DNA of 64,000 nt from a virus, in the IMG/VR virus record IMGVR_UViG_3300035181_002522, positions 100,332 through 164,331 of that record; one strand, given 5' to 3'. Positions 19,560 to 29,660 of the stretch are shown one piece after another. The notes beneath the pieces were generated by a model, which saw only the letters and a program-made list of their open reading frames with translations, was not told the origin of the DNA and searched no databases. The stretch's first letter is position 1, and every line of letters begins with the position of its first letter. A program made the position numbers and the translations under genes.

Positions 19560-19765
19560 ATTGTCGGAAGATTACTGTAATCGAAGGTGCGAACGGTCAA
19601 TAATATGTGGCATTTAGCAGGAATAGTAAATTATGCTACTTGCATAGGTCAGGTTCAGTCACAAGAAGAAAAACGAAAAAGAAAAGATACTTTAGCGGCC
19701 ATTGGACATCAACAAGGTGAAAATATTCCAGACGGATGGATAAAAGGTCGAAAAATGAAAAATAA
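19560..19765 (+). pseudogene. Homing endonuclease C-terminal remnant
   Basis: GHQQGENIPDGWIKGRKM tail typical of such endonucleases; no intact N-terminus. Confidence 0.5.
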
Positions 19766-19766
19766 T

Positions 19767-19840
19767 GCGGGTTTGGTCTAGTGTCTGGGCCCCAGCCTTC
19801 CAAGCTGGAGAGGCGGGATAGTTCCCCGCAACCCGCTCCA
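19767..19840 (+). tRNA. tRNA-Gly(TCC)
   Basis: GCGGGTT/AACCCGC-TCCA; CCAGC-CTTCCAA-GCTGG; atypical T-loop. Confidence 0.85.
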
Positions 19841-19848
19841 ATTTTAAT

Positions 19849-19926
19849 TCTCTGACCTTAGCTACGGGGCGAGGTGACTGGCCGGCCAGCTAAAAAAGGG
19901 AAGTTCGATTCTTCCTCAGAGAGCCA
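19849..19926 (+). ncRNA. tRNA-like RNA with palindromic middle arm, copy 1
   Basis: TCTCTGA/TCAGAGA-GCCA, T-arm GGAAG-TTCGATT-CTTCC, palindrome CTGGCCGGCCAG. Confidence 0.65.
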
Positions 19927-20586
19927 AACATTCAGGTGAGATACTTCGTGGAGATTTTGTAATTTTATTACAGGTTTTTCTATACGAGTCACACTCTTTC
20001 AAATTGTACAAGAAATGTGTTCAGCTCCGATATTGTTATTGTGGTGGCTTAAAAATATTCCTGAAGAAAAGCAAGAAGAAGTAGCTGATAAGTTACGAGC
20101 ATGGTTAAAGACCGCGCCAAACCGATTAGATATGGTGCATTGTGGCGATTGACAAAATAAAAGAGGTTTCATTCGAAACTCTTACACAATAGAAGGGTTA
20201 GCCCTTACTCCAGAAAAAGCATAGAGCTTTACAACTTTCTCAATAAACCAGTTATCATAGTAGAGCATTTTGCCTATCTAATAAGTGGCTCATTTATGCG
20301 TGAAACAAATTGTCTAGACACTTCTACATATAATATAGAAAAAGTAGAATGAAACTAACTTGCAGTCACTGCGGAACTGATTATGATGGTATTGATAACC
20401 ACTGTGAAAGTGGTATAGGTCACTGGGAATATGTAGACACTGCTGACGGCATTTGGGAGATTTGGTATTGTTGCTAATAATGAACCCCGCAAGACATTTT
20501 TCTCCGCTGAGCTAAAACTTTTATTGTTCAATTAATGAATTGGTGATATAATAATTTTTTTATTGTAGTCACTGAGGAGTTGAAAA

Positions 20587-21231
20587 ATGTCTGAACTTAA
20601 TGTTAAAGAAACTATTCATAACGCTGCAGAAATCAGAATTGGAATAAGGGCAACATACAAAAAATATCGAAACCTTCAAAAGGTTTTCAATATCATCTTT
20701 ACCGATGAAGTTTCAGTGCTTAAGTCTTTGATCGATGGTATCTACTACTTAGGTGGTGGTTATCCTGCTGAAAATAGTCCTGGTCGATTCGAATTTGCTA
20801 TCGAGAAAGCAGCAAAGTATGCAAGGTATTACTCATTTATTGGAAAGCAGGATTTAATAATTTCCGAATTCAAAAAGTATGGTATTACCATAAGCATTGA
20901 CAATGAACTACAAGATACCCTTCTTTCTACAAACGAGTTGCAACTCATTAAAGAAGTATTGCCAAATGAACAGTTGATGTCTCGTCGCGACCTTTTGAAC
21001 CGATTGATTGAAATTGGTTGCGATTATCAGCGATCCATCTGCAAAAACGCCGACATCATTAAGTTAGACTTGAAACCACGAGTCTTAGAGTCTAGTGGTA
21101 TGCACGTTCATGAATTTAGCAAGGCTTTAGAATTGGAAATTGATTCTGTCAACACGAAATCATCAAAATTCACTAAAAAGAAGCAGACTTTTATGAAAAG
21201 TATCTTAAATTTCCAACAGTTGGTGAAATAA
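20587..21231 (+). CDS. Hypothetical protein
   Basis: 214-aa ORF; GAGGAG RBS. Confidence 0.75.
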   Translation: MSELNVKETIHNAAEIRIGIRATYKKYRNLQKVFNIIFTDEVSVLKSLIDGIYYLGGGYPAENSPGRFEFAIEKAAKYARYYSFIGKQDLIISEFKKYGITISIDNELQDTLLSTNELQLIKEVLPNEQLMSRRDLLNRLIEIGCDYQRSICKNADIIKLDLKPRVLESSGMHVHEFSKALELEIDSVNTKSSKFTKKKQTFMKSILNFQQLVK

Positions 21232-21287
21232 AACTTAAAACCAGTGCAAAAATGTTAACTCGTTAACAAAAATTTAAGCTTGAACCA

Positions 21288-21316
21288 TTTACACATAGTT
21301 AAAAAAAGAGTATTAT
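21288..21316 (+). promoter_or_regulatory. Sigma70-like early promoter
   Basis: TTTACA-17 bp-TATTAT with AT-rich upstream sequence. Confidence 0.6.
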
Positions 21317-21379
21317 TATCTCACATTCGGAAAACACCGAATCGAAGTTGAAAATCTTACTTTAATTACCTATGAGGAA

Positions 21380-21853
21380 ATGACCATGAGAACTACTACT
21401 TATGCAGAAAAATTCAATGCCAAAACCATAGCTTACAATGCCTTGGTCAAATTGAACGCTGAACTGGAAGTTGCTCGTAAAGCAAAACGCGATGCAAAAG
21501 CGAATGGCGAAACCGAAGGTGCGGTATTTACCACTTACACTGTTGTTAAAGATGCTCAAAAAGCAGCTTACGGCCAACTGGTCGACTTGAACGCTGAATT
21601 GAAAGCAATGCGTACCAGTGGCACAGCCTTTGAAAAGGGTGAATCAAAACAGCGCGGTCGTAAACCAGCAAAACCTGTTGAACCACATAACTTGGCCGAA
21701 TTGAAAGCAATCCTGGAAACCTCCGGCATTGAATTCAAAAATAAAGGTATCATGTTGGACATTGCCGGTAAACATGTAACATTTGCGGCTGGCCGTTTCG
21801 TAGTTGACAAAGTCAAATTTGGTCCTGCTGAAATCATGGGTGCTCTGAAATAA
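21380..21853 (+). CDS. Basic hypothetical protein, probably highly expressed
   Basis: GAGG RBS; host-like codon choice; Lys/Ala rich with a RGRKP motif. Confidence 0.75.
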   Translation: MTMRTTTYAEKFNAKTIAYNALVKLNAELEVARKAKRDAKANGETEGAVFTTYTVVKDAQKAAYGQLVDLNAELKAMRTSGTAFEKGESKQRGRKPAKPVEPHNLAELKAILETSGIEFKNKGIMLDIAGKHVTFAAGRFVVDKVKFGPAEIMGALK

Positions 21854-21871
21854 GGGCACCCACCCTTTACC

Positions 21872-21954
21872 CCCACGACCATTAAGGTGATATGGTGATA
21901 AGCTAGTTGGCCAACTAGCTTAAAAACGGAAGTTCAACTCTTTCTCGTGGGCCA
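21872..21954 (+). ncRNA. tRNA-like RNA with palindromic middle arm, copy 2
   Basis: CCCACGA/TCGTGGG-CCA, T-arm GGAAG-TTCAACT-CTTTC, 24-nt palindrome 21899-21922. Confidence 0.7.
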
Positions 21955-21976
21955 ACTTTCAACTAGCTATAAAATT

Positions 21977-22207
21977 ATGTCTTATTCATTAAAATTTACT
22001 GGATTTAAAACTCAAGCAGAAGCAGAAACTTTCGCTAAGTGGTATGAAGGACAAGGCGAACAAGATGCTGCAGTGTGGTTTGAGTGTTGTAAAGATGATG
22101 GCATAATTAATACCGATTTTATGCCAGTTGATGTGCATACCCCATTTGAATGGGACGATGACACTCTAGTTGTTAAGTTGGATATATCACACGAAGATGA
22201 TGAATGA
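21977..22207 (+). CDS. Small acidic phage protein
   Basis: GFKTQAEAETFAKWYEGQGEQD motif. Confidence 0.6.
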   Translation: MSYSLKFTGFKTQAEAETFAKWYEGQGEQDAAVWFECCKDDGIINTDFMPVDVHTPFEWDDDTLVVKLDISHEDDE

Positions 22208-22571
22208 TTTGTTGTGTTTGTAATAACATTTCAGATCGACAGATTATCAGTGCCATTAACGCTGGGTATAATAAAAAACAGATAGTTAATGAATTTCGTA
22301 TTGGTAAAAAATGTGGAAAATGTGTTTTATACACTAAACAGCTAATTAAAAAAACTCAAGAGGATAAAAATGGTTAGCATATTCACTATTGTCGCTGGGC
22401 TATTAATTGTTTATGGTTTGTATCGACTTTTTAAAGGCGCTTATCGTGAAGGTGCAACTGAGATTATTATCGGTATCGCTGAGTTGATTGGACAACTGTT
22501 GGTCACTCTGCTGTAAATGTATCTACTGGTTCAAATAAATACATTTTTAAATTCGCATTTGGGGTATTCAA

Positions 22572-23174
22572 ATGATATTGGTTGAACTATTAAGCATTAT
22601 GGAAGCTCGTAAAGCTGAGCTTTCTTATGAAGAGAAAAAAGTAAAAGGTGCATTAGATCGTGTTATCTTGTCATTGCAAGGTAATCAATCAGGTAAGTTC
22701 ACCAAGCTAATCTCTAATTACAAAAAAATTCAAAAAGCAGTTGAAGCTCTTGCCAAAAAACAAGGCGAGCTTAATGCCCATTTGAAAGAAGAAGTTGAAG
22801 ATCTATTTGATGCCGAAGATGAAGTTTACACGCGTGTAGTTGATACCATTTCAGCGACACTGACTTTGTCTAAAAAACAAAGTGTAACTACGACTAAAAT
22901 TGATTATGAAGCCATTTTGGCTAAAATCACAGAGTTGCAGCCAGAGCTTGAAGAAAAAATTAAAGAGTTGACTACTGAATTTACAAAGGTGACAACTGCT
23001 GAAAAATCTCCAGCTCTTCGTACAATGATTAAAGAAGCTGAAAGTTTGGAAGAAGGCTTAAAAGAACTTGCTAAATATGTTAAAGATATTGCAAAAGCTG
23101 CCTTGTCTGCAATTAAAGGTTGGGGCAAATCTTATGACAAAAAACTTGAAAAGATTGTAGCAGAGCTAAAATAA
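22572..23174 (+). CDS. Coiled-coil late protein, possible virion component
   Basis: TAAATA at 22536; IME/IKE/LEE candidate prohead-protease sites. Confidence 0.65.
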   Translation: MILVELLSIMEARKAELSYEEKKVKGALDRVILSLQGNQSGKFTKLISNYKKIQKAVEALAKKQGELNAHLKEEVEDLFDAEDEVYTRVVDTISATLTLSKKQSVTTTKIDYEAILAKITELQPELEEKIKELTTEFTKVTTAEKSPALRTMIKEAESLEEGLKELAKYVKDIAKAALSAIKGWGKSYDKKLEKIVAELK

Positions 23175-23186
23175 CTTTTAAAACTG

Positions 23187-23687
23187 GTGATAGCATTGGA
23201 ACTTCCAAATATTAAACGGGCTTTTGATAAAGCTCGTTCTCGCAACTGGGCCTTAATGTACTGGGCCATCGACATTCATGAAACAATTTTAAGACCGACG
23301 TATTCTACGGAGTGGAGTACTGAGTTCTATCCAAATGCGAAGAAAGCGTTGCAGCTGCTGTCTAAACGTCGAGATTGTAAGTTGATTCTTTGGTCATCAA
23401 TGACTAACTCTCAAATTCCGGATTATCTTCAATTCTTCGAAGATAACAAAATCATATTTGACCATGTCAATGGTAACTGTGATGTACGTGATACCAAATA
23501 TGCAAGCTTTAAAGAAAAATTCTACTTTAATGTCTTGATAGACAATAAAGCTGGATTTGATGCTGAGACACAATGGAATGATGTTATATATTCTTTGAAA
23601 CTTCAGCCAGAATTGTGTTATAATAAGAACTTTAAAGCTGAGACAACTAATGAAAACGATAATTGCTGGCGGCCGAACTGTCACTAA
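23187..23687 (+). CDS. HAD-superfamily protein
   Basis: AIDIHETI, LILWSS, KFYFNVLIDNKAGF. Confidence 0.75.
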   Translation: MIALELPNIKRAFDKARSRNWALMYWAIDIHETILRPTYSTEWSTEFYPNAKKALQLLSKRRDCKLILWSSMTNSQIPDYLQFFEDNKIIFDHVNGNCDVRDTKYASFKEKFYFNVLIDNKAGFDAETQWNDVIYSLKLQPELCYNKNFKAETTNENDNCWRPNCH

Positions 23688-23991
23688 TCCAATTCTTCTT
23701 TTAGAAGCTGTTAATATTGCTGGATTTACAATAACTGAAGTTGTCTGTGGTAAAGCATGTGGTGCTGATACTCTTGGCGAAGAATGGGCTAAAGAAAGAA
23801 ATATCCCTATCACATATTTTCCAGCTGATTGGGCAAAGCATGGTAAGTCCGCTGGATTTATTAGAAATGCTCAAATGGCGGATCACGCAGAAGCTTTAAT
23901 AGCTCTTTGGGACGGTTCTTCTAAAGGCACTGGCAATATGATTGAGCTAGCAAAGAAAAAGGGCTTAAAAATTTACATTCACTACATTTAA
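23650..23991 (+). CDS. SLOG/YspA-like nucleotide-binding protein
   Basis: IIAGGR...GADTLGEEWA...FPADW..HGKSAGFIRNAQM...WDGSSKGT. Confidence 0.88.
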   Translation: MKTIIAGGRTVTNPILLLEAVNIAGFTITEVVCGKACGADTLGEEWAKERNIPITYFPADWAKHGKSAGFIRNAQMADHAEALIALWDGSSKGTGNMIELAKKKGLKIYIHYI

Positions 23992-23992
23992 A

Positions 23993-24822
23993 ATGAAACC
24001 AATCTTTTCGCCAACAGATTTTGTCAAAGCGACTGTCATAAAGCATCCATCATTATATGCTTCAGCGAACTTTGAGACAACACAGTTTAAAGTGTTTGAC
24101 CATGTGTTTAATACTATTGGGAATGGGATAAGAGGTCAACGTGGCTTTAATGAAAAACTTGCTATTTTGCGAGGAGTTGATGACTGGAAGCTATTGTCAA
24201 TATCATACGATTGGAAAGCCGCAACGCATTCAAAATTGGAATGTGTATGTCGCAATCGGTTTAAACGATTCATCGACGAAGAAAAGAGAGATTTATTCTT
24301 GAAATGATATGCGATTGTTAGCGAAGCCGCTACGGTTCATATTTACATTTAAGGTGAAATGATGGAACTAATTGTATATGTCAATCGATATAGTTACTGG
24401 AATATGTATTTTGGAATGACATTTGTTCCATCAATTAATGGACGTTCATTGTCAGATGAATTCATTAACATTTTCTTTTTAGATAATGACCCTAATCGAA
24501 TTAAAGAGTTTTGGGATCTTCCAGAAGAAGTTATTGAGTCATATGTTGAAAAAACTTTGCAATGGACTCCTAGGCCTGAAAAATCATTTAACGAAGAAGG
24601 CTTTGAATTTACCGCGTTTAGTAAAATATTATGAATAAATTGCTTGCCCAATTAATAAATTGCCGAAGCGAAATAGATCAGCTAATAGCAAAACGAGATT
24701 TTTTAAAAATGAATAATGTGGCTGGTTCTTTTACGTCACTCATTTCAAATTATGACTTTTCAATTATGGTAAATAAACAGAGAGAACAATCAATAGTGAG
24801 GTTCTTGAATTTTTTATCATAG
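23993..24822 (+). CDS. Three hypothetical proteins (23993-24307, 24359-24634, 24631-24822)
   Basis: Consecutive + strand ORFs. Confidence 0.5.
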
Positions 24823-24831
24823 GAGGAAAGC

Positions 24832-25011
24832 ATGATTTCAACAGGAAGTGTAGTACAACTTTTAACCGGCGGTTCTAAAATGACAGTACAACAGGTTAAT
24901 GGTTCAATTGTAACAACTCAGTGGTTTGAAGGAGACCAGTTGAAAACTCAACAGTTCCAGCTTAAATCACTAAAAGAAGCTCAATTAACCGAGCAAATTT
25001 TATTTGGCTAA
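24832..25011 (+). CDS. YodC-like small protein (not in ORF track)
   Basis: AGGAGG RBS; GSVVQLLTGGSKMTV...TQWFEG. Confidence 0.7.
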   Translation: MISTGSVVQLLTGGSKMTVQQVNGSIVTTQWFEGDQLKTQQFQLKSLKEAQLTEQILFG

Positions 25012-25026
25012 ACATAAGGGGAAAAC

Positions 25027-25607
25027 ATGGCAGCAAAAAAACCAGTGGTACAACAAGAAAAAGTTCGTAAATCTCATGGTCGTAGTACCGTAAAGATTCC
25101 AAAGCAAGTGACTTCTTCTCCAGATAAAATCTGGCGCCGTGCAATGATCGCTGCAATTCATGAGCGAGCAGCTCGAGCGAGACATTCAAATGTCTTGTTG
25201 GACAAAGACAAAGAATAATGGCTTATCACGGTTTAAATTCACCATTAGATTATGAGGAAAATACGATGATGGTAAAACCATTTTCACCAGATGAAGCAGC
25301 AAAAGCTGCTCTTGGGCAAATCCCAGGATTTGTGATTGAAGCAGTTAATGAGTTAATTGTTGAAAACTTTGGCACTGGCAACAATATTATTGTTCTGCAA
25401 GACGACATCAAAGCTAGAGCAACTAAAAAAATGCTAGTCGAAGTGCATCATACTGATGGTGACCATCCCGTTCCAGAACCTGAATTCAATATGCAATGGC
25501 TTAATTTTGAGTCATTGTACATTGCTCAAGGCTGGCAAGTTTGGTACGAAAAGAAGCGTATTGGAGATACCTTCGACAGTCACTTTGTGTTTTCAATTAG
25601 GGGATAA
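25027..25607 (+). CDS. Two hypothetical proteins (25027-25218, 25218-25607)
   Basis: Coupled ORFs; the first is very basic. Confidence 0.65.
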
Positions 25608-25979
25608 ATGAAAGACGGTCATTATTCTAAGCTGCAGGTTTTAAAATCTGCAGCTGGTTTTTACGTTGGAAGATTGTTTAGATACTTAAATGGAGATGAA
25701 ACTCCAGGTTCTCGTGATTCAGAGTATTTTAGCACTAAAGAAGAAGCTGAAGAAGCTTTAGCTGAAATGCAAGGATTTAGACAATTGTGTACTGGTGTAG
25801 ATGAAGTTAAAATAGCTGAACTTATTGCTGAAATATTAGAAGATGAACCAGAAATGGTTCATGATACTAAAGCTATCATTAGACAAGTGATGGCAACTAC
25901 ACGAGGAAGATGGAATCCAGTGGCGATTACGCAGATTGTCGAAGATTACATCGAAATGCTAAAGTTTCAAAAGCTATAA
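25608..25979 (+). CDS. Phage protein fused to a GatB C-terminal-like domain
   Basis: LKSAAGFYVG...SRDSEYF N-terminus; IIRQVMATTRGRWNP resembles GatB GQVMKxxxGxANP. Confidence 0.6.
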   Translation: MKDGHYSKLQVLKSAAGFYVGRLFRYLNGDETPGSRDSEYFSTKEEAEEALAEMQGFRQLCTGVDEVKIAELIAEILEDEPEMVHDTKAIIRQVMATTRGRWNPVAITQIVEDYIEMLKFQKL

Positions 25980-26041
25980 ATAAAGATGTACTTTTTGAAA
26001 AAAGGTGATAGAATAATTCTTTGATTTAAAGTATTATTTGC

Positions 26042-26113
26042 TCCGCGCAATGCACAAGGTGTGCAGCCGGACTGTTAATCCGTGTGAGCGGGGTTCGATT
26101 CCCTGGGGCGGAG
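26042..26113 (+). tRNA. tRNA-Asn(GTT), CCA not encoded
   Basis: CGGA-CTGTTAA-TCCG; D-arm and T-arm present. Confidence 0.85.
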
Positions 26114-26160
26114 CAAATAATATTTGAAAAATTATTTTAACAATTCTTTGAGTAGTAGAA

Positions 26161-26532
26161 ATGAAAACTTCAGGTTTTGACGAATTGATAACTAAGCTTG
26201 ATGTCGAAGCTGAGAGAGATCCTGAAGTTAAAGCTTCTTTAGAAGAAGGCAGAGCTTGGGCAAAGCAAGTTGTTGATAATTTGTTGAAAGATTTAGTAAA
26301 AAGACATCGAAGCTTTAGACGAAGATATGCGATGCAAATTGCAGATAGGTCTTTAAAACTGTTTAAGAGCAATTTAACTAGAATACCTAAACCTAAATTT
26401 TGGTATCCAGTCGAAAAATCTTCTTATTCAAAAAGCTTAAGTCGATATCCTCGATATGATAAGTTGATAGGTTGGCATAAGCAATGTATTAAGACTTGTA
26501 GAATTGGTGTTTGGTTATATACTAAACGCTAG
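26161..26532 (+). CDS. Hypothetical basic protein
   Basis: 123-aa ORF. Confidence 0.5.
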   Translation: MKTSGFDELITKLDVEAERDPEVKASLEEGRAWAKQVVDNLLKDLVKRHRSFRRRYAMQIADRSLKLFKSNLTRIPKPKFWYPVEKSSYSKSLSRYPRYDKLIGWHKQCIKTCRIGVWLYTKR

Positions 26533-27150
26533 GAACAATAGTGAAATTAGAAGATCTTTTCGAAATGTTGCCAAAAAAAATGAACCATTAGATTGGTTTG
26601 AATTGAATGATCCAGAGCAAAATCGAAAAGAATATACTAAAAGATTGCGTGGAAATTTTAGATATAAAAAGATTATATTAAAAATCTCTGAAACTGCTGC
26701 AATTTATAAACATGGCAGTGAATTTTTTTTGTATGGATGCAAAATTACAACGCATCACATACTATATGTCTTATGAAGTTGCACGACATAAAACTATTGG
26801 TGATTATGTTTGGCAAAGTTTAGTTTGGAGATATCAACCTTTAGCTAGAGAGTATTTAGAAAAAATTCCAGCAAAAATATTTTGGGAACAATTATTTCCT
26901 AAATTTAGCACTATTATTACTGATAGTAAGCAAACTTGGAATGGTAGAAGCTTTTGGGAATTATTGATAGCAGAAGCTCTCAAAAAGAACTCAATGCTTA
27001 TTATTTTGATTTTGCAAAAAATCAACTAGAAAAGCTGAAAGATTTGATGAATTAAGAATTTTTCAATAGAAGTACAATATTTGTGGAGATCAAAATGCAA
27101 ATGCGTTAAGACGAATGTTGATTACTTCAAAAGATTTAAAAACGTATAAA
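26504..27150 (+). pseudogene. Frameshifted paralogue of 18933-19553
   Basis: Similarity spread across at least three frames; the shift near 26723-26730 falls in a T run. Confidence 0.65.
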
Positions 27151-27367
27151 TAAAGTTGTACAAATTAAAAACGATAGAACAATTATATTCTATCATTTAA
27201 ACAAATTTCATCTAACACTAACGGACAAAGAAAATGAAGCATTTTACAAAGCGACATCGATTTTGGCAAGTTCAAAGGAGCTTGGTAAAACGTTAGTGTC
27301 ATCTTAAACTCCGTTCAAGTTGGTTTAAGGTGGCACGGTAAATCACCTTAAACTTGAAAACATGAAT

Positions 27368-27442
27368 GGAGCTGTCGTACAAAGGTTAGTATACCGGATT
27401 TTTAATCCGGGTATCTAGGTTTGAATCCCAGCCGCTCCACCA
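27368..27442 (+). tRNA. tRNA-Lys(TTT)
   Basis: CCGGA-TTTTTAA-TCCGG; ACCA end. Confidence 0.85.
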
Positions 27443-27466
27443 AATAATTACCAAGTGATAATTGGT

Positions 27467-27543
27467 GTGAAGGTAGCTTAACTAGGTAAAGTTCTTAGCT
27501 GTGAACTAAGAGGATGCGAGTTCAAATCTCGTTCTTCACCCCA
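27467..27543 (+). tRNA. tRNA-His(GTG)
   Basis: CTTAG-CTGTGAA-CTAAG; CCCA end. Confidence 0.88.
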
Positions 27544-27569
27544 ATTATCATTTAAACAAAATAAAATTA

Positions 27570-27645
27570 GGGTCTCTGGCAGTGATGGTTCATGCGCCGG
27601 ACTGAAAATCCGAGGATACTGGTTCGATCCCAGTGGGGCCCACCA
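27570..27645 (+). tRNA. tRNA-Phe(GAA)
   Basis: CGGA-CTGAAAA-TCCG; ACCA end. Confidence 0.9.
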
Positions 27646-27655
27646 AATATAAAAT

Positions 27656-27730
27656 AGGTCTCAAGTGTTGTTGGTGGCACGACGGTCTCCAAAACCGCCG
27701 GGTGGAGTTCGAATCTCCAGAGGCCTGCCA
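27656..27730 (+). tRNA. tRNA-Trp(CCA)
   Basis: CGGT-CTCCAAA-ACCG; AGGTCTC/GAGGCCT-GCCA. Confidence 0.9.
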
Positions 27731-28299
27731 TTTTTGACAAAGGTACAAATATGAAAGCTGAAAACTTGAAAGAAGAATTGACATAATTTAGTACTTTGAT
27801 GATTGGAAGGTTGTTAGAGCTGTTGCGTACTTTACCAGTGGATAAATTGTGTTGTGGATTCGGTGAACTGCATGCTTATTGTGGTTATCACAATCAAGTT
27901 TCATTTCAGTTTGCGTATAACAAAACAGTTGCTCAATTAATTTAGCATGTATTGGAAGCACTTGACCATGCATTCGAAGGATGGAAAGGTGGTGATAAGG
28001 TTAGGACGTATCGATTTCAAGATGATAAAGTATTTAATCGTGAGACAAATAAGGCTACTCAGTGTAGTAAGGTACTTAGAGGGCATTTTGATTTATTTTG
28101 GAAAGAATGATAAAATGTTTAACATTGTGATATAATGTTTTCGGTACCTTTGTTAGGTATGTGGAGATTTCAAGTGGAGAATAACAAATGGGTGTTACTA
28201 ACATTATAGTGGCGCGAATTACTAAAACTGTTAACTAGTTATAAAATTCGGTGAATTAATTTGATATGATAGTTAGTATCAATTTTTAAAGAGGTTCTT

Positions 28300-29199
28300 A
28301 TGCAGACACAGTTTAGTTTTCCCCAAGGGTTGGGCAGTTTGCATTTTAATGTATTTGAACGAATTTTTGATTGCTTAGAAGGGTTAATGATTACGGACAT
28401 TGATGGTAATATCATCCGTGTCAATAAGTCATTTTCAAGCATTACTGGATATTCACCGGCTGAGGTGTTAGGTAAAAAACCTAACATCTTATCCTCTGGG
28501 CAGCACACTAAAGAATTCTACCAGCACATGTGGTCAGAGCTAAAGGAAACTGGCAAATGGACGGGTGAGATATGGAATCGTCGAAAGGATGGAAGTATCT
28601 ATCCACAGTGGTCCTTTTTGTCAGCGGTTAAAAATGATGATGGACATACGATAAATTATGTTGCTATGATATTGGATATTTCAGCTGAAAAAGCTCAAGA
28701 AGAACAACTTAAGGAAATGTCGTATAAAGACCCTTTAACTGGGTTAATAAATCGAAGAAAATTGATTGAAAATTTAAAGCTTGCACATTCAAGCTATGTT
28801 CGAGCTCAAACTAATTTTGTGGTATTGTTTTTAGATTTAAATGGTTTTAAGAAAGTTAATGACGAGTTTGGTCATAACATTGGTGATGAAGTATTGAAGA
28901 CTGTAGCAAATCGATTAAAAGATTTGACTCGTGGCTCTGATTATGTTTCTCGGCTTGGTGGTGATGAATTTGTGGTCGTTTTAAATAATCTTCCGCATAA
29001 TCGAGTTGCGGCAAAAAGAAGCGCTCAATTAGTATCACGTAAGATTGAACTTGCGATTAAAAAACCAATGGTTATTGGAACGCATAACATTGAAATTGGA
29101 ACCAGTATTGGAATTTATGTTTCGTGTGAACGTGTAACTGTTGACCAAATTTTAGAAAAAGCTGATGCGGCAATGTACCAACATAAGCGAAAGCATTAA
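28300..29199 (+). CDS. PAS-GGDEF diguanylate cyclase
   Basis: PAS/PAC domain (VNKSFSSITGYS...WTGEIWNRRKDG); DPLTGLINR; DLNGFKKVNDEFGH; RGSD I-site; GGDEF. Confidence 0.93.
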   Translation: MQTQFSFPQGLGSLHFNVFERIFDCLEGLMITDIDGNIIRVNKSFSSITGYSPAEVLGKKPNILSSGQHTKEFYQHMWSELKETGKWTGEIWNRRKDGSIYPQWSFLSAVKNDDGHTINYVAMILDISAEKAQEEQLKEMSYKDPLTGLINRRKLIENLKLAHSSYVRAQTNFVVLFLDLNGFKKVNDEFGHNIGDEVLKTVANRLKDLTRGSDYVSRLGGDEFVVVLNNLPHNRVAAKRSAQLVSRKIELAIKKPMVIGTHNIEIGTSIGIYVSCERVTVDQILEKADAAMYQHKRKH

Positions 29200-29304
29200 A
29201 CAAAATTAGTTATGCTGTGTTAGTTAAGCACTGTGAAGAATTAATGTCTAAAGAAATTGAAAATGGTATTTCATTTGAAATTTCAGTTGAAATGGTAGAA
29301 CTAA

Positions 29305-29462
29305 TTTAGTTCTTTCAGGGAGGTTTGCCGGTGATCGAGTCCGGCTTATCGATAATGTGGGCGAAGTGATGGTTCTCTTTACTAGCATATTCGGGATTAT
29401 AATATACAGAAACTGACCAACTGTTGCTGGTGTAAACCCAGTGCCTCCCTGAAAGAGTTAAA
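29305..29462 (+). ncRNA. Structured tRNA-like RNA with ~20-bp terminal stem
   Basis: TCTTTCAGGGAGGT/GCCTCCCTGAAAGA stem; GCCGG..CCGGC hairpin; T-arm-like GCTGG-TGTAAAC-CCAGT next to the 3' strand. Confidence 0.6.
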
Positions 29463-29660
29463 TAATTAAAAGGAATTGGAAATAATAACAGCAAAAGAAG
29501 CAAGTTTTCTTGCTGAAGAAAGTGATGTAGCAATACAAGCGGGCTTAAAAATAATTAGCGATGAAGTTAAATTGGTGGCTGGCATGAGGTTCGGCCCCTC
29601 GTAGGGGTACCTTTTTTGTAGATTTTTTCATAAATATTTCTTTTAAATGAAGGAAGTGTT

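Noticed and set aside
29305-29462. tRNA-Sec or tmRNA
   Set aside because: No TCA anticodon arm; too short for tmRNA and no tag reading frame recognisable
29585-29612. Additional tRNA
   Set aside because: Only a T-arm-like hairpin, with no supporting acceptor or anticodon arm
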